Assembly: GCF_000143415.4 (NCBI RefSeq)
Contig: NW_003314289.1
Location: forward strand, 1,792,293-1,856,292
Origin: Selaginella moellendorffii
Taxonomy: Eukaryota; Plantae; Lycopodiophyta
Length of the DNA: 64,000 nucleotides
Direction: 5' to 3'
Of this stretch, positions 36,370 to 49,093 are shown in pieces. The position numbers and the translations under genes are program-made. A model generated the notes under the pieces. It was not told the origin of the DNA, did no database searches, and worked only from the letters and a program-made list of their open reading frames with translations. Position 1 is the stretch's first letter. The number at the start of each line of letters is the position of its first letter.

Positions 36370-39300
36370 ATGGAGGTGGCAATGTCGGGTGATTGTTTTT
36401 CCGAGAGTGGATCAATTCGTTTCGATGATGAGGAGGCTCTCAAGTGGGTTGCGTTGGAAAAGCTTCCAACCCACAATCGTCTCAGGACAGCACTCCTCCA
36501 AAATCTTGGGGAGAATGGGGGGCAGCAAATTGCTTATCAGGATGTGAAGAAGCTCGGATCACAAGAAAAGAGGGACCTCATCCAGAAGCTGCTGGGCGTC
36601 CAGGAGTCGGAGGACGAGAAGTTCGTCAGGAGGCTCCGAGAAAGAATCGATAGGCAAGCTCTTAACTTTGTCACATCGGGATTTTTCTCAGCTCTTTTCT
36701 TTTTCTGTTTGCAGGGTTGGAGTGGAGCTTCCCAAAATCGAAGTCCGGTTTGAGGGTCTCAATGTAGAAGCTGAGGCTCATGTGGGAAAGCGAGCTCTTC
36801 CAACGCTCTACAACTTTGTTGTCAATGGGGTGGAGGGAGTCCTCGGCTTGCTTCATCTCGTTCCATCAAATAAACATCCACTCCAAGTCTTGCGCGATGT
36901 CCGTGGCATCATCAAGCCTTCCAGGATGACTTTGCTCTTGGGTCCTCCCAGTGCGGGCAAAACTACGCTCCTTCTAGCACTCGCCGGCAAATTGGACAAG
37001 TCACTCAAGGCAAGAACAAGTTCTTATCATCTGAAGTTTATCAAGGAAGTTTCTCAAACTCCATCTTCTCTTTTCCCTCATCCAGGTTTCGGGTCGCGTC
37101 ACCTACAATGGCTCCGATATGACAGAGTTTGTGCCGCAGAGAACGTCAGCGTACATTAGCCAGCATGACTTGCATATGGGAGAATTGACAGTGAGAGAAA
37201 CCTTTGATTTTTCTTCGAGGTGTCAAGGAGTTGGAAGCAGCCATGGTAATTATCTCCAAAGCTATTGCATCATAAGCTTTAGTACTGACTGACAACCTCT
37301 TTTTCTTGTCTACAACAGAAATGGTTATGGAGTTGGCTAGAAGAGAAAAGAATGCCAAGATCAAACCAGACCTTGATATTGATGCTTACATGAAGGTAAA
37401 GAACTTACGAAAAACGTTTCCACTTCCTTATATTTTTGTGGAAACAGGCTTCTGCCATCCAAGGCCAGGAAACCACTATTGTCACGGATTACATCCTGAA
37501 GGTATTTCTTCAGTGCTATAATAGTTCAATGTGGACTGAGTTTTTATATATGTTTTCTCGTGTATAGATCCTCGGATTGGACATTTGTGCTGATACACTA
37601 GTTGGCGATGCAATGCGTAGAGGAATCTCTGGTGGACAAAAGAAGCGTGTTACTACTGGTGAGTGCTCCAACAATTGAGTCGCGACCTTGCTAACAAGTT
37701 CTTTAAACTTTCAGGTGAGATGCTAGTTGGGCCAGCCAAATCTCTTTTCATGGACGAGATATCGACTGGTCTCGACACCTCCACCACGTACCAAATTATA
37801 AAAAGTTTGAGGCATACGGTTCATGTGTTGGATGCTACGGTGGTTGTGTCCTTGCTACAACCAGCGCCAGAAACTTACGAGCTCTTCGACGACTTGATCC
37901 TCCTGGCCGAAGGCCAGATTGTTTATCAGGGTCCACGGGAGCTTGTGCTCGATTTCTTCATCTCCCAGGGATTCAAGTGTCCTGCAAGGAAAGGAGTCGC
38001 AGATTTCCTACAAGAAGTAACGTCGAGAAAAGATCAGGAGCAGTACTGGGCCGTCGAGGACAAGCCTTACGAATACGTGTCCGTGGATAAATTCGTACGC
38101 GCATTCGAGGGATTTCATGTTGGTCAGAATTTAGCCGAGGAGCTTTCGACGCCTTTTGACACGACTAAATCTCATCCAGCGGCACTTGTGACGAAGAAAT
38201 ACGGCCTCGGCAAGTGGGACATTTTCAAAGCAGTAATGGCAAGGCAAGTGCTTCTGATGAAAAGGGACGCTTTTGTCTACGTCTTCAAGTGTACACAGGT
38301 ACGTAGATATTTTTCACCAGGATGATCTCATGTGACTAAAGAAAAACTCGAATTTGCAGCTCTTTATCACGGCCTTGATCACTATGACCGTTTTCCTACG
38401 GACACACATTCAGTCCAACAGCACCGATGATGCGGAACTTTACATGGGAGCCTTGTTTTTTGCCCTGGCTACGATCATGTTCAGTGGTTTTGTGGAGCTT
38501 TCCATGACGATCCAACGCCTTCCGGTGTTTTTCAAGCAACGAGACCAAATGCTGTTTCCTGCCTGGGCATATTCAATCGCGACAGTAATTACGAGGCTTC
38601 CGCTCTCGCTTTTGGAAACAGCAATGTTTGTGTTCATGACATACTACGTGATTGGTTTCGCTCCTAGCGTTTCAAGGTTTGTAAAAACCTTACGAGGCTT
38701 TCTTGACATCTCTAATGGTTTAGTCATCTATTTTGACAGACTCTTTCGCCAGTATCTAATTATATTCTTGGTCCATCAGATGGCCGGAGGACTCTTCCGG
38801 TTTATTGCTGCGCTCTCACAGAAGATGGTTGTAGCAAACACTTTTGGGTCGTTTGCTCTGTTGGTCATCTTTTCGCTGGGTGGCTTTGTTCTCTCCAGAG
38901 GTAACGAAACTCGTTTCTCGCAGTTTGTAATATCTAAGTTTCTCCTATTTCTTGGTTCCAGATAGCATTCATGCTTGGTGGATCTGGGGGTACTGGTCGT
39001 CTCCAATGATGTATGGGCAAAACGCTCTCGCTGTTAATGAGTTTAGTGCATCAAGGTGGCAACAGGTGAGTCCTATCTAAGACAAGCATTTCATTCTCAC
39101 ATCGATCTTTTCTTTCTTGTAGACTGAAGGGAACTCCACAGATGGAAGAAACTTCCTAGAGTCACGAGGACTTTTTTCTGATGATTACTGGTACTGGATT
39201 GGAGCTGGTGCTGAGCTTGGCTACGTCATCCTTTTTAATGTTGGTTTCACTTTGGCCTTGACCTATCTCCGCGGTAAGAATTACTGATCACTCTTGAAGT

Positions 39301-41883
39301 TCTTACGTTATAAGATTTCCATCTATTTTCGCAGCTCCCAGTAAATCTAATCAAGCGATAGTCTCGGTCACAGGACACAAGAATCAGTCTAAGGTTTATG
39401 ACTCGGGTAAGTCTACGTTTTTCCATTCTCACGAGGGCGATCTGATTTCCCGTATTTGTTTCTTGCAGCTACTGAGCTCGAGCTAAGCAAACAAGCTGAC
39501 ACCAAGAAAACTGGAATGGTTCTTCCTTTCAAGCCACTGGCGTTGGCCTTCAGCAACGTCAAGTATTACGTAGACATGCCTCCGGTTGGTTTCCAAAACT
39601 GAGCTCTCTTTTTTTGTTGTCTTCCGAAAATCTCATGTTCATACTTCCAGGAGATGCTAAAAGAAGGCGTGGACGAGAGCAGACTCCAGCTTCTTCACGA
39701 CATAAGCAGCAGCTTCAGGCCTGGAGTTCTTACGGCTCTGATGGGCGTGAGTGGAGCTGGGAAAACTACTCTGATGGACGTTTTGGCTGGACGTAAAACC
39801 GGTGGCTACATCGAGGGTGAGATCTCCATCTCGGGATTTCCAAAGAAGCAGGAAACGTTTACTAGAGTCTCTGGCTATTGCGAGCAAAACGATATCCACT
39901 CACCAAACGTGACTGTCTACGAATCGCTCGTCTTTTCGGCTTGGCTTCGACTGTCCGAGGATGTATCCAAGGGGACTAGACTGGTAAGTGTTTTTGCTGA
40001 GCGTTCAAGTTCAAGTGGTTTCTGACTTTGAGTATTTTCTTTTCCCTTGTGGTGTAGATGTTTGTGGAGGAGATAATGGAGCTTGTGGAGCTCACTCCTA
40101 TTCGAGATGCCATCGTTGGTCGCCCTGGAATGGACGGGCTCTCCACCGAGCAGCGAAAGAGACTGACAGTAGGAGTAGAACTCGTTGCGAATCCATCCAT
40201 CATTTTTATGGACGAGCCAACCTCGGGTCTGGATGCTCGGGCCGCTGCAATCGTCATGAGAACCGTACGTAATACCGTGAACACGGGACGCACCGTCGTT
40301 TGTACCATTCACCAGCCGAGCATTGACATCTTCGAATCCTTTGATGAGGTAAGATCTTTTGATCAACAGAGAGTTTCTCTTTTCCAGCTTTTGTGTTGAT
40401 TGTTATGTTTGTGTGGTTTTAGCTGTTGCTCATGCAACGAGGAGGGCGAGTGATTTACTCTGGTCCTCTTGGAAATCATTCGAGCAGACTCATCGACTAC
40501 TTTGAAGTACGTGATAGTTTTTTTCTTCTGCAAAACTCGGTTCTAAACGAGCGCGACTTGTTTGTGCAGGCTGTTCCTGGTGTTCCTTGTATCCCTGACG
40601 GATACAATCCGGCAACTTGGATGCTCGAGGTTACGAATCCGGACGTAGAACACCGGCTGAATGTCGACTACTCTGAGATCTACAAGTCGTCAACTCTCTA
40701 CCAGTAAGTTATAACATTCTTTGAGAGTTTTGGGACTGATCAATGAATTATCAGGCACAACCAAGCTGTGATTGCTGATCTACGCACACCTCCTCCAGGC
40801 TCGGTCGACTTGTCTTTCCCTTCGCAATTTCCTCTCTCGTTTGGGGGACAAGTAGTGGCCTGCTTGTGGAAGCAGCATCGATCTTACTGGAAGAATCCTT
40901 ACTATGTTTTGGGACGCCTGTTCTTCACGCTCACTGCTGCTCTCATGTTTGGCACCATGTTTTGGGACATTGGCTCGCAAAGGTAGGCAAGCTTTTGCTG
41001 CAATAATGTTTGACAAAGTTGACACGGTTTTGTTTACTTTGCAGAGAAAGGCAGCAAGACTTGTTCAATCTCATGGGATCCATGTTTTCGGCCGTGTATT
41101 TCATTGGAGTTTGCAACGCAGTGGGAGTTCAACCGGTTGTTTCAGTGGAGCGAGCTGTTTACTATCGAGAGAAAGCCGCTGGAATGTACTCCGCTCTCCC
41201 TTACGCCTTTGCTCAGGTAATGTAATTTGAAGCTTTGGCTATGGTGACGAAGAAACATATCTCAGACGTTTCTTTCAGGTGATTATCGAGCTCTTCTACG
41301 TTTTGGTTCAGGCAGTTTCATACGCGGCCATTGTCTACTCGATGATGAAACTCGAGTGGTCGGCCGCAAAGTTTCTGTGGTTCGTCTTCTTCTCCTACTT
41401 CTCCTTCCTCTTCTTCACGCTCTACGGGATGATGGCCGTGGCAATCACGCCCAACGAGAGGGTGGCGGCCATTTGTTCGACGGGATTCTACGCAGTGTGG
41501 AACCTCTTCGCGGGTTTTCTCATCCCTCGACCGGTGCGTATATAATCACACTTTTTTCGCTTTTGCTCGATCGAGGAAACTCATTTTTTTTCTCTTGCAC
41601 GATGCAGAGCATGCCAATTTGGTGGAGATGGTGCTACTGGCTTTCGCCACCCGCGTGGACGCTGTATGGAATCATCACTTCTCAGCTCGGGGATATTACT
41701 GCGCCACTGAGGCTCACAGACGAGACGAGGCAGCCAGTGCCAGTGCAAGAGTTTTTGAGAGACTACTTCGGCTACGAGCACGATTTCCTGGGTGTGGTCG
41801 CAGGCGTGCATGTTGCGCTCGTCGTCACAATCGCGATCGTCTTCGGCCTGTGCATCAAGTTCTTGAACTTCCAGAGACGATGA
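36370..41883 (+). CDS. Full-size ABCG/PDR transporter, copy 3 (multi-exon)
   Basis: Same motif series as copy 1, from [16 protein letters not shown] to LNFQRR*. Confidence 0.95.
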
Positions 41884-42104
41884 AGCGATTTCTCTATGAC
41901 TCTTCCTCAAATTCTTCCAGGACCCCTTTGCAAATGTAAATACTACCCAGCGAAGGGAGTTACATGTAAACAAAGATCCAATTTTTCCATAGAACATCGC
42001 CACGAGAAGGATTTCTCTTGCTCGAACGAGGTGGCAAATCCAGTATATAGCATTTAAGTAGAAACCCTTGACGTTTATTGGGCCTTTAGAGTGAGAGCGC
42101 TGCT

Positions 42105-42651
42105 ATGGCGTCGTCCTGTCTAGTTGTGCATTGTAATCCCAGCTTCTGGGCTCGCTCCAAAACTTGTTCCAAGCCCGCGATTCCACAGGCGTGCTTGAAA
42201 CAACGGCACCAACATTCTCTTATCGTCACCAAGGCAAGTATTTCCTCTCTTTCTTCTAATTCCCATAGCTAAGTACCGCATTCGTGGTTTCCAGGCAAGT
42301 AGCAGCGCTCCTCCTTCGCCATCTTCGTCTGGGAGCAAGAGCATCATCTGTCCAGAGTGTACTGGAAATGGTGAGCTTTTTTTTGTTTCTCATGGATTGT
42401 TCTTCAAATTCTATTCTTTTTCACAGGGGCGAAGTCTTGCACCTCATGCAAAGGCGATGGCGTTAACTTGGAGGATCATTTTGGAGGACGTTTCAAAACC
42501 GGAGAGATGTGCTGGCTGTGCAGGTACTGCTAAAACTTGTTCTTCCGACGAGAAACAGAGAAAACTTTCCAGGGGGAAGAGGCAGATCTTGTGTGGAAAC
42601 TGCAATGGTGCTGGCTTTGTTGGAGGCTTTCTGAGCACCGTAGACGACTGA
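42105..42651 (+). CDS. BSD2: BUNDLE SHEATH DEFECTIVE 2, DnaJ-like Zn-finger Rubisco assembly factor (4 exons)
   Basis: Transit-peptide-like N-terminus; CPECTGNG / CTSCKGDGVNLEDHFGGRFK / CWLCRGKRQILCGNCNGAGFVGGFLST. Confidence 0.88.
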
Positions 42652-42759
42652 GAGATCTAGAAACGGGTGAGACGATGCAAACCAACTTTCTGGATTAAAA
42701 GAGATCTTAGTTCGTGTCACTCGCTAACGCTTTGCTAGAGCTCAGTCTCAAAAGATATC

Positions 42760-43903
42760 ATGATAACTCTCGATGCTCGCAACTTTCTTCCACCGCTGGG
42801 CAAGAATCTGCAAATCCAGCACCAGCAGCCACAGCGCAAGCTCAAGCCGACGACGACGAGAAGAAAATTGGCCATTTTGTCGACGATTGGAGTGCCAGCC
42901 ACTTTGCTTTTCGGCTTGACGAGTGTGGCTCGGTGCGAGCAAGTGAGGCTGGAAGACGTTGACAATCCAAAGTTGCGGGAGGCGATTCGAGCAGCTGTAA
43001 GTGGTGACTTTGATTATGCCGAGGCCCTCTTCTCGGAGCTTCTATCCGAGGATGATACAAATGCTAGCGTGTGGTCCAACCGTGGAAACGTGAGAGTGTC
43101 ACTCAAGAAGTACCAGCAAGCGCTAGAAGATTACACGAAAGCAGTAATTCTTGCGCCTGGAGCACCAGTTCCGCTGCTCAATCGAGCCATTGCGAACGAG
43201 GTAAATAAGTTCTTCTAGACTTTCACTCAAACTCTATCTTTTGTACTCAGGCGCTAGGAAACTATGGCGATGCCATTGCTGACTGTGAAGCAGCCATTAA
43301 AATCGATCCTCGGGTATGGTACAAACAAGTTTGTTCATTCCTTTTGTTTTTGTTCTTCGCTTAGGAAGAAATTTACAGGAGTATGCAGCGTGGTATAACC
43401 TGGGAAACGTGGATGTTCGTGTCAAAAACTATGCTGCTGCTGCAAGTGCTTACGAGAGAGCTGCCACTTTAGCTCCTGGAATCGCAGGATACCGATTCAA
43501 GCAAGCACTAGTTCTCTTCCAGGTAAGTAGGACACCTTCCCGCATCTTTAGTTTTATTTTGCTTTGATGGAACATTCAGCTAGATCAAGTCCAAGCAGCA
43601 AAGAAATTGCTGCAAGGCCTCGTGAGGAAGTATCCCAACTATGCCGAAGCTCATGCAGCATTAGCAGCTCTTCTCTGGAAAGAAGGCAACCGAAGCCAGG
43701 CAGAAGACCAGTTCAATCAAGCCGGCGTGCAAAATCCAAATTTCAGCGATGCAAGGTCTGGAAACATGGAAACATGGATTTAGTTCTGTGAGAAGCTGCT
43801 TTGATGGATTTCCTGTTGTATAAGGTGGATAAGCTCGAGCTTGGAATGGCCTCCTGCCGTGGTTGACGCAATGGACAAGTTCCTGGAGATCAATATCAAG
43901 TAA
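42760..43903 (+). CDS. Plastid-type tetratricopeptide-repeat protein (multi-exon)
   Basis: TPR units VWSNRGN..ALEDY, LLNRA, AWYNLGN, YAEAHAALAA; C-terminal WPP motif; RR-containing transit-like N-terminus. Confidence 0.8.
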
Positions 43904-44901
43904 GTGGAAGAACGCAAGAGTTTATTAGTTCGCAAGTTTGTGGGGAGAGGCGAATGGAAACATGGAAGTCTATCCGCGCTCATGCTCTAGTTTTCCTCGT
44001 CTGTGCCTTCATCGTCAGCAGAGCAAGAGCAACTTGGAGCGGAGGTGGAGCTTGTGGAGTCGATGGAGTCGATGAAGGTGATGGCGATGAAGGGCAATAA
44101 TCAACAGGAGGGCTCGGTAGTTGACATCGCTTGCTCATTACTTTCGGAATTGTACATGGGAGAGACCGTGTAGGATCTGTGATAAATCATTGATCACGTA
44201 TAAGAAACTAAAGCTTCTAAACAAATATTTTTTTGTGATTTACCTGAGCTACCACCACCTCCGTGATGACCTCCATTGTCACCGATGGCCTGCTATTGTA
44301 ACTGTTATAAGAAGCAAACTTAGCAATGCTAGAAGCAAAAACCTTTTCATTGCTAAGATTGCTAAGATCTAATCAATTAAGCTTGATTCTTGAGATTGAA
44401 TAACCTTTCAAAGTTTATATATATCAGGAATTCACCTATTTTCATTTCTATATGGCACTAAAATTATTACTAATTTCTCTGATACATTCTATCTATATTT
44501 GAGAAATAAAATTACCCACAATCTCTCAAAGAATATTTGCAAGATAAATTATCCATACAATGGTAAGAGAGTATAAGCTCTCATAAGAGAATAAACTGTT
44601 TCTTGTTTGGAAAGAAGGAAACAATCTATCTTACATAATACTATATAACACCACAAAGGCAAGAGTGTGTAGAGAAAAAAGAGATATAAAGAAGACTCCG
44701 CCGCTGTCACTCCCCCCTTGCAAATTCGCTGCCAAGAACCAAGAACCATTCGTGTGTTCTATACACTTTCTTCCAGCAGCTCCCACTTTTGTTCCTTGTT
44801 TTTGATTTTCAGTCGCTGCTGCTCTTCGCTGTGATCCAGTTTTCGCTGGTAGATCGTAGTAAAGCAAAGCACAGTTCCTCCTGTTCTGGAATTCCCCCCC
44901 T

Positions 44902-46666
44902 TCAGCCATCGTAACCAAAGCTTCCCTTCTTTCTATCTCTACTGTTGTTATTGCTCTCCCCCCAAGCTCGGTCTCTTTGCTCGCGAGTAGCCACTGCTTT
45001 GGCGTGTCTGGTAGCAGCATGCGTCGGGCTGTCCCTGTGACCACCTTCCAAATCGTCGGAAGAATTCCCCCCACCACCATTTGCAGCACGGAAACGAGGA
45101 TCCTTGGACCGCAACTCTGGCGTTCCCTGAGCCGATGGTAGTGACGATCTAGCCCCTCTATCCCTGAGCCGTTTCTCTTCCGTCCCACTCGACTTCTTCT
45201 CTCGCTCACGCCTGTCTCTGGACGGCGTCGAGGGAGCGAACCTGCTGTTGTTTGCTGGATAAAGACCCGGATCGTAAGTTTGGGACGCTAGATAGTTTAG
45301 AGCCGTCACCACGTCCCCTATGTGCGGCCGCGTAGTTGCCTGCTCTTGGAGACACATCGCTGCTACTGCGAGAGCCTGATACAAGCCTCTCATTGGATAG
45401 TGGCCTTGAAGGAGTGGATCGGCCATAGAAGGAAACTTTCGTCGATCTTTGAAGAGGGGTCTAGCCTGCGCGTAAAGTACGTGTATGAAAGAAGGAAAAT
45501 AAAAAGGAGTACAAAAACTTACCCATGCAACAAGATTGTGCTCTCCGGCCGGCCTAGCATTGTCGATAGCTTTCCGTCCAGTGATGAGCTCCAAAAGAAC
45601 GACTCCGAAACTGTACACGTCCGACTTGAGGGTCAACTGTCCCGTCATGGCATACTCAGGTGCACAGTAGCCATAAGTTCCCATCACACGGGTTGAAACG
45701 TGTGTTTTGTCCCCGACTGGACCCAGCTTTGCAAGACCGAAATCTGAGAGCTTGGGATGATGCCCCTCGCCGAGTAAGATGTTTGATGACTTGAAATCCC
45801 GATAGATAACTGGCGGATTTGCTTTGTCATGTAGGTACTCCAGTCCCCTGGCAGCTCCCGCAGCTATTTTCATCCTTGTGTTCCAGCCCAACGGTTCCTT
45901 GTCAGCCGGCACGTCTGCACGAAAGCTCACTCAGTTTCGTATGCAGGAAACAACTAAATTAATAGACAAACCGTGTAGATGATCTTCCAGGCTCCCAAGC
46001 TGCATAAACTCGTAGACGAGAAGCCTTTGATCGCCATCAGCACAATAGCCGATCAAATTGACGAGATTTGGATGGTGAAGCAAGCTGAGCATCAGAACTT
46101 CCACCAAGAATTCTCTGTTTCCTTGAAGTCCGTTTCTATCCAGCTGCTTCACTGCCACAACCTGCAGTGTTGGAAGGAGGAAAATTTGTTAGACAAAACC
46201 AAACAAGAAAGAAAAAACTTGCAAGAGAGCAAGAACACCGAACCTGGCCACTGTCCAAGCGCCCTTTGTAGACACGGCCAAAGCCTCCTTCGCCGAGCAT
46301 ACACTCCGGTCGAAAATTCTTGGTTGCCGAGGCAAGCTCGCGGAACGTAAATGTTTGCGCAGCAATCTTGGACTCGTCGCCGCGACTCCCTTCCTTTTTT
46401 GCATCGAAGAAGCCTTTGGATTTGAGCTTATCTGCATCGACAGCCCATCAGTTCCCGCCAGCAAGCAATGTACATTGCCTAATTCACACCCGCATTTCAC
46501 AGCGCAATGGGATCAAGGGCAAGAACAAACCCAGATCGCCCGCATTCTCCGAGCTAAACTCACCGGATGCCGTCTTGTTGAAGGATCCGGCGCTGTCCTC
46601 CCTCCTCAGCCCTTTCCTCCCTGATGCCTGCTTCTTGGAGGAGCCGAAGCACGCGAAGCAGCCCAT
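44902..46666 (-). CDS. PBS1/PBL27-like receptor-like cytoplasmic kinase (RLCK VII)
   Basis: MGCFACF acylation motif, [57 protein letters not shown]. Confidence 0.93.
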
Positions 46667-47478
46667 AGCTGAAGAACTAGGGCGAAATTTCAGTCGATCC
46701 TAGAGCTTACATCCATCCCCGAGCTCCGCCCGCCTCCTCCGCCTCCCCCGCCACGCTTCCGCCTCCTCTGCCAGTTCCATCGCGCATCAAAACCCTAGAT
46801 AATGCACGACCGCGTTCACATGCTCCCCGCGCGGTGACGCACTATCCCCACGGTCGCATATTCCACGGGCAAGCCCAGGGTATATTCCACAGTCATGCAT
46901 GTGTGCCATGCCATGCCAATGCCATGCCAATGCCATGGGGCCGTTACAGCAATGATTTTATGGTGGCGCGCATGAGTAGCGCGTGTTTTTAGCCTAGGTA
47001 TATTCTCTATCGCCTCCGCTAGTATCGTAGCGTAGTTGTTTACGCGCGCTACTACTACAGCGTACTATACTCCTCCCCCCGGTTTTAACTCTCTCGGATT
47101 CCGAAAGGATTCCAATCCCCGTACGCCCTGGGCCAGTTTTAGAAATGTACCTCTACCGTACAATATATAGCGGCACGAGTGAGAGGTCACTTTGACACGA
47201 CGCGATTCTCCACGTTTTGGTGTGACACCACCAAACTATAACCTGACCACTAGCTAGTAACTAGTTTCTTACATTTTCTTTTATACCTCCAGTCGAGGTG
47301 GATACTAAGTAGAGAGTCACTAGACGTAAATGTATGGGAAGGTTTCTTATAAAATGAAATGTATCTAGCTCTACTCTTATCCATCAGTTTCATTGGTAGT
47401 CAAAATGGAACCATAACTGATATATGGGATAAATAAATATAATATTCTATTCCGATACTCTGGCACGTGTCAGCCTAG

Positions 47479-48623
47479 TCAGCAGTGGCGTTGCGGCGAG
47501 CCAAGTGGCGTGTTGTGGTTGGACGCCCGCTGCTCTTGCATGCTGTAGTGGAGCAGCTGGGCTGTACCGTAGGCCGGCGGCGTGGCGGCGCGGGAGGTGG
47601 CGCCGCTGACAAGCCGCGCGGCGTGCTGTTGCTGCATGGAATAGATGAGGTTGGAGAGCTGCGCGGACCGTGGGAGATGATCGGCGGTACCACCGGCGGT
47701 ACCAATGTCAGTCATCCATGCCGTGACGGCGTCCTGGTCCGTGGAGTCGGCTCGATCCAGCGTCAGTCCATATGGGAGGTGGTGGAACTGGCCAAAGAAG
47801 TTGTGATTGTTGGCGGCGCTGGCGGCGGCGCTAGCGGATCTAATTCCGCCAGGCCGAGCTCCCGTACCCTCGGAAGAAGCCGGGGACGCTAGCGGCGAGG
47901 TGGAGAGGCCGGAATTGGTGGTAGTGGTGGTGGTGGCGGTGGTGGCGGCGCCCTGGAGGAGCGGCGGCATGGAGGAGCTGGACATGTAGTGGTGGCGGGG
48001 CGAGGCGGTAGTGGAGCAATCCCCTGCGCGGGGATCCATCTGCTGCTGCTGGAGCATCAGGTGGCTGGGGGAGAGGAGATATCTTCCAGCCGCCGCGAGA
48101 TTTATTTGCTGGTGGTGTTGGTGGTGGTGATGGTGGCCGCCGCTGCTGATCGAGTGTGTCGTGTTTGTCAGCGATGTTGTGGTGGTTCTTCCGGATCCTC
48201 CCGACTGTGGCAGCGAAATCTGGCTCAATGCAACCTTCTGCCCAAGAAACATACAAGAGAAACCACGATTGATCTCATTCCCATATCTCGATCAAGAAAT
48301 CTTCTACTCGCGCTCTCTTTTGCTCGCTCGAATATTGGTGATCAAATGCTAGCGAATGGAAGGAAATGGAAAGAAAGACCAACCTGGTGCTGCTGGGAGT
48401 GAGAGCTCTGATCTTGCTGGGGGCGATAAGTAGTTCCATCCGTCTCCACGATCCATCCCGCCTCGCCGGCAAGCGCGCGGAGAACATCGTTGATGTCCGC
48501 TCGCGGCGGGAGATTGTAGCCGCCGTGCTTGCGCAGGCCAGTGAAGATCCGCGTCGTGATCGCGCGCCTGTGCCTCTCGCGGATCTTGGTCTTCTCCTTC
48601 TCCGCAGCACTGAGCTTCCCCAT
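47479..48623 (-). CDS. BES1/BZR1-family transcription factor (2 exons)
   Basis: [60 protein letters not shown]; S/T/Q/H-rich C-terminus. Confidence 0.88.
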
Positions 48624-49093
48624 TAAAGAAGAAGTCGAAGAAGAAGAAGCAATCCACACTCGAGCGGCGGCGGCGCTCGCTCGGCGCGCTCTTGGATCGA
48701 TTAAAGAGCGCTGGCTCTTCTCTGCCACACTTTAAATCACACTCTCATTCTCACTCTCTCGAGAACTGGAGTGTGGATTTGGAAGAGTGGCAATGAAAAT
48801 GATGGAGGAGAGGAAGAGGAAGAGGAAGAGGAAGAAGAGAGAGAGGGGCTGGGCGAGCAAAGCTTTCTTTGGCAGTGCTGCAGGAGTGAGCTCTACATCA
48901 CTCACGCATAGGGTTCTCCCCTCACACGTTTGGACATAGAGGCCGCGCCCAATACCATGCCGCCAACCGGGAAGAACGTTTTATTCCCACTAATCTAACC
49001 CCCACTTTACCACTAACAACCACTGCTAATCTAATCATTGTTCTTCGCGATCTTCTTTCTCAATCAATGGTAACGAAGCTATGGATGCCTCGA

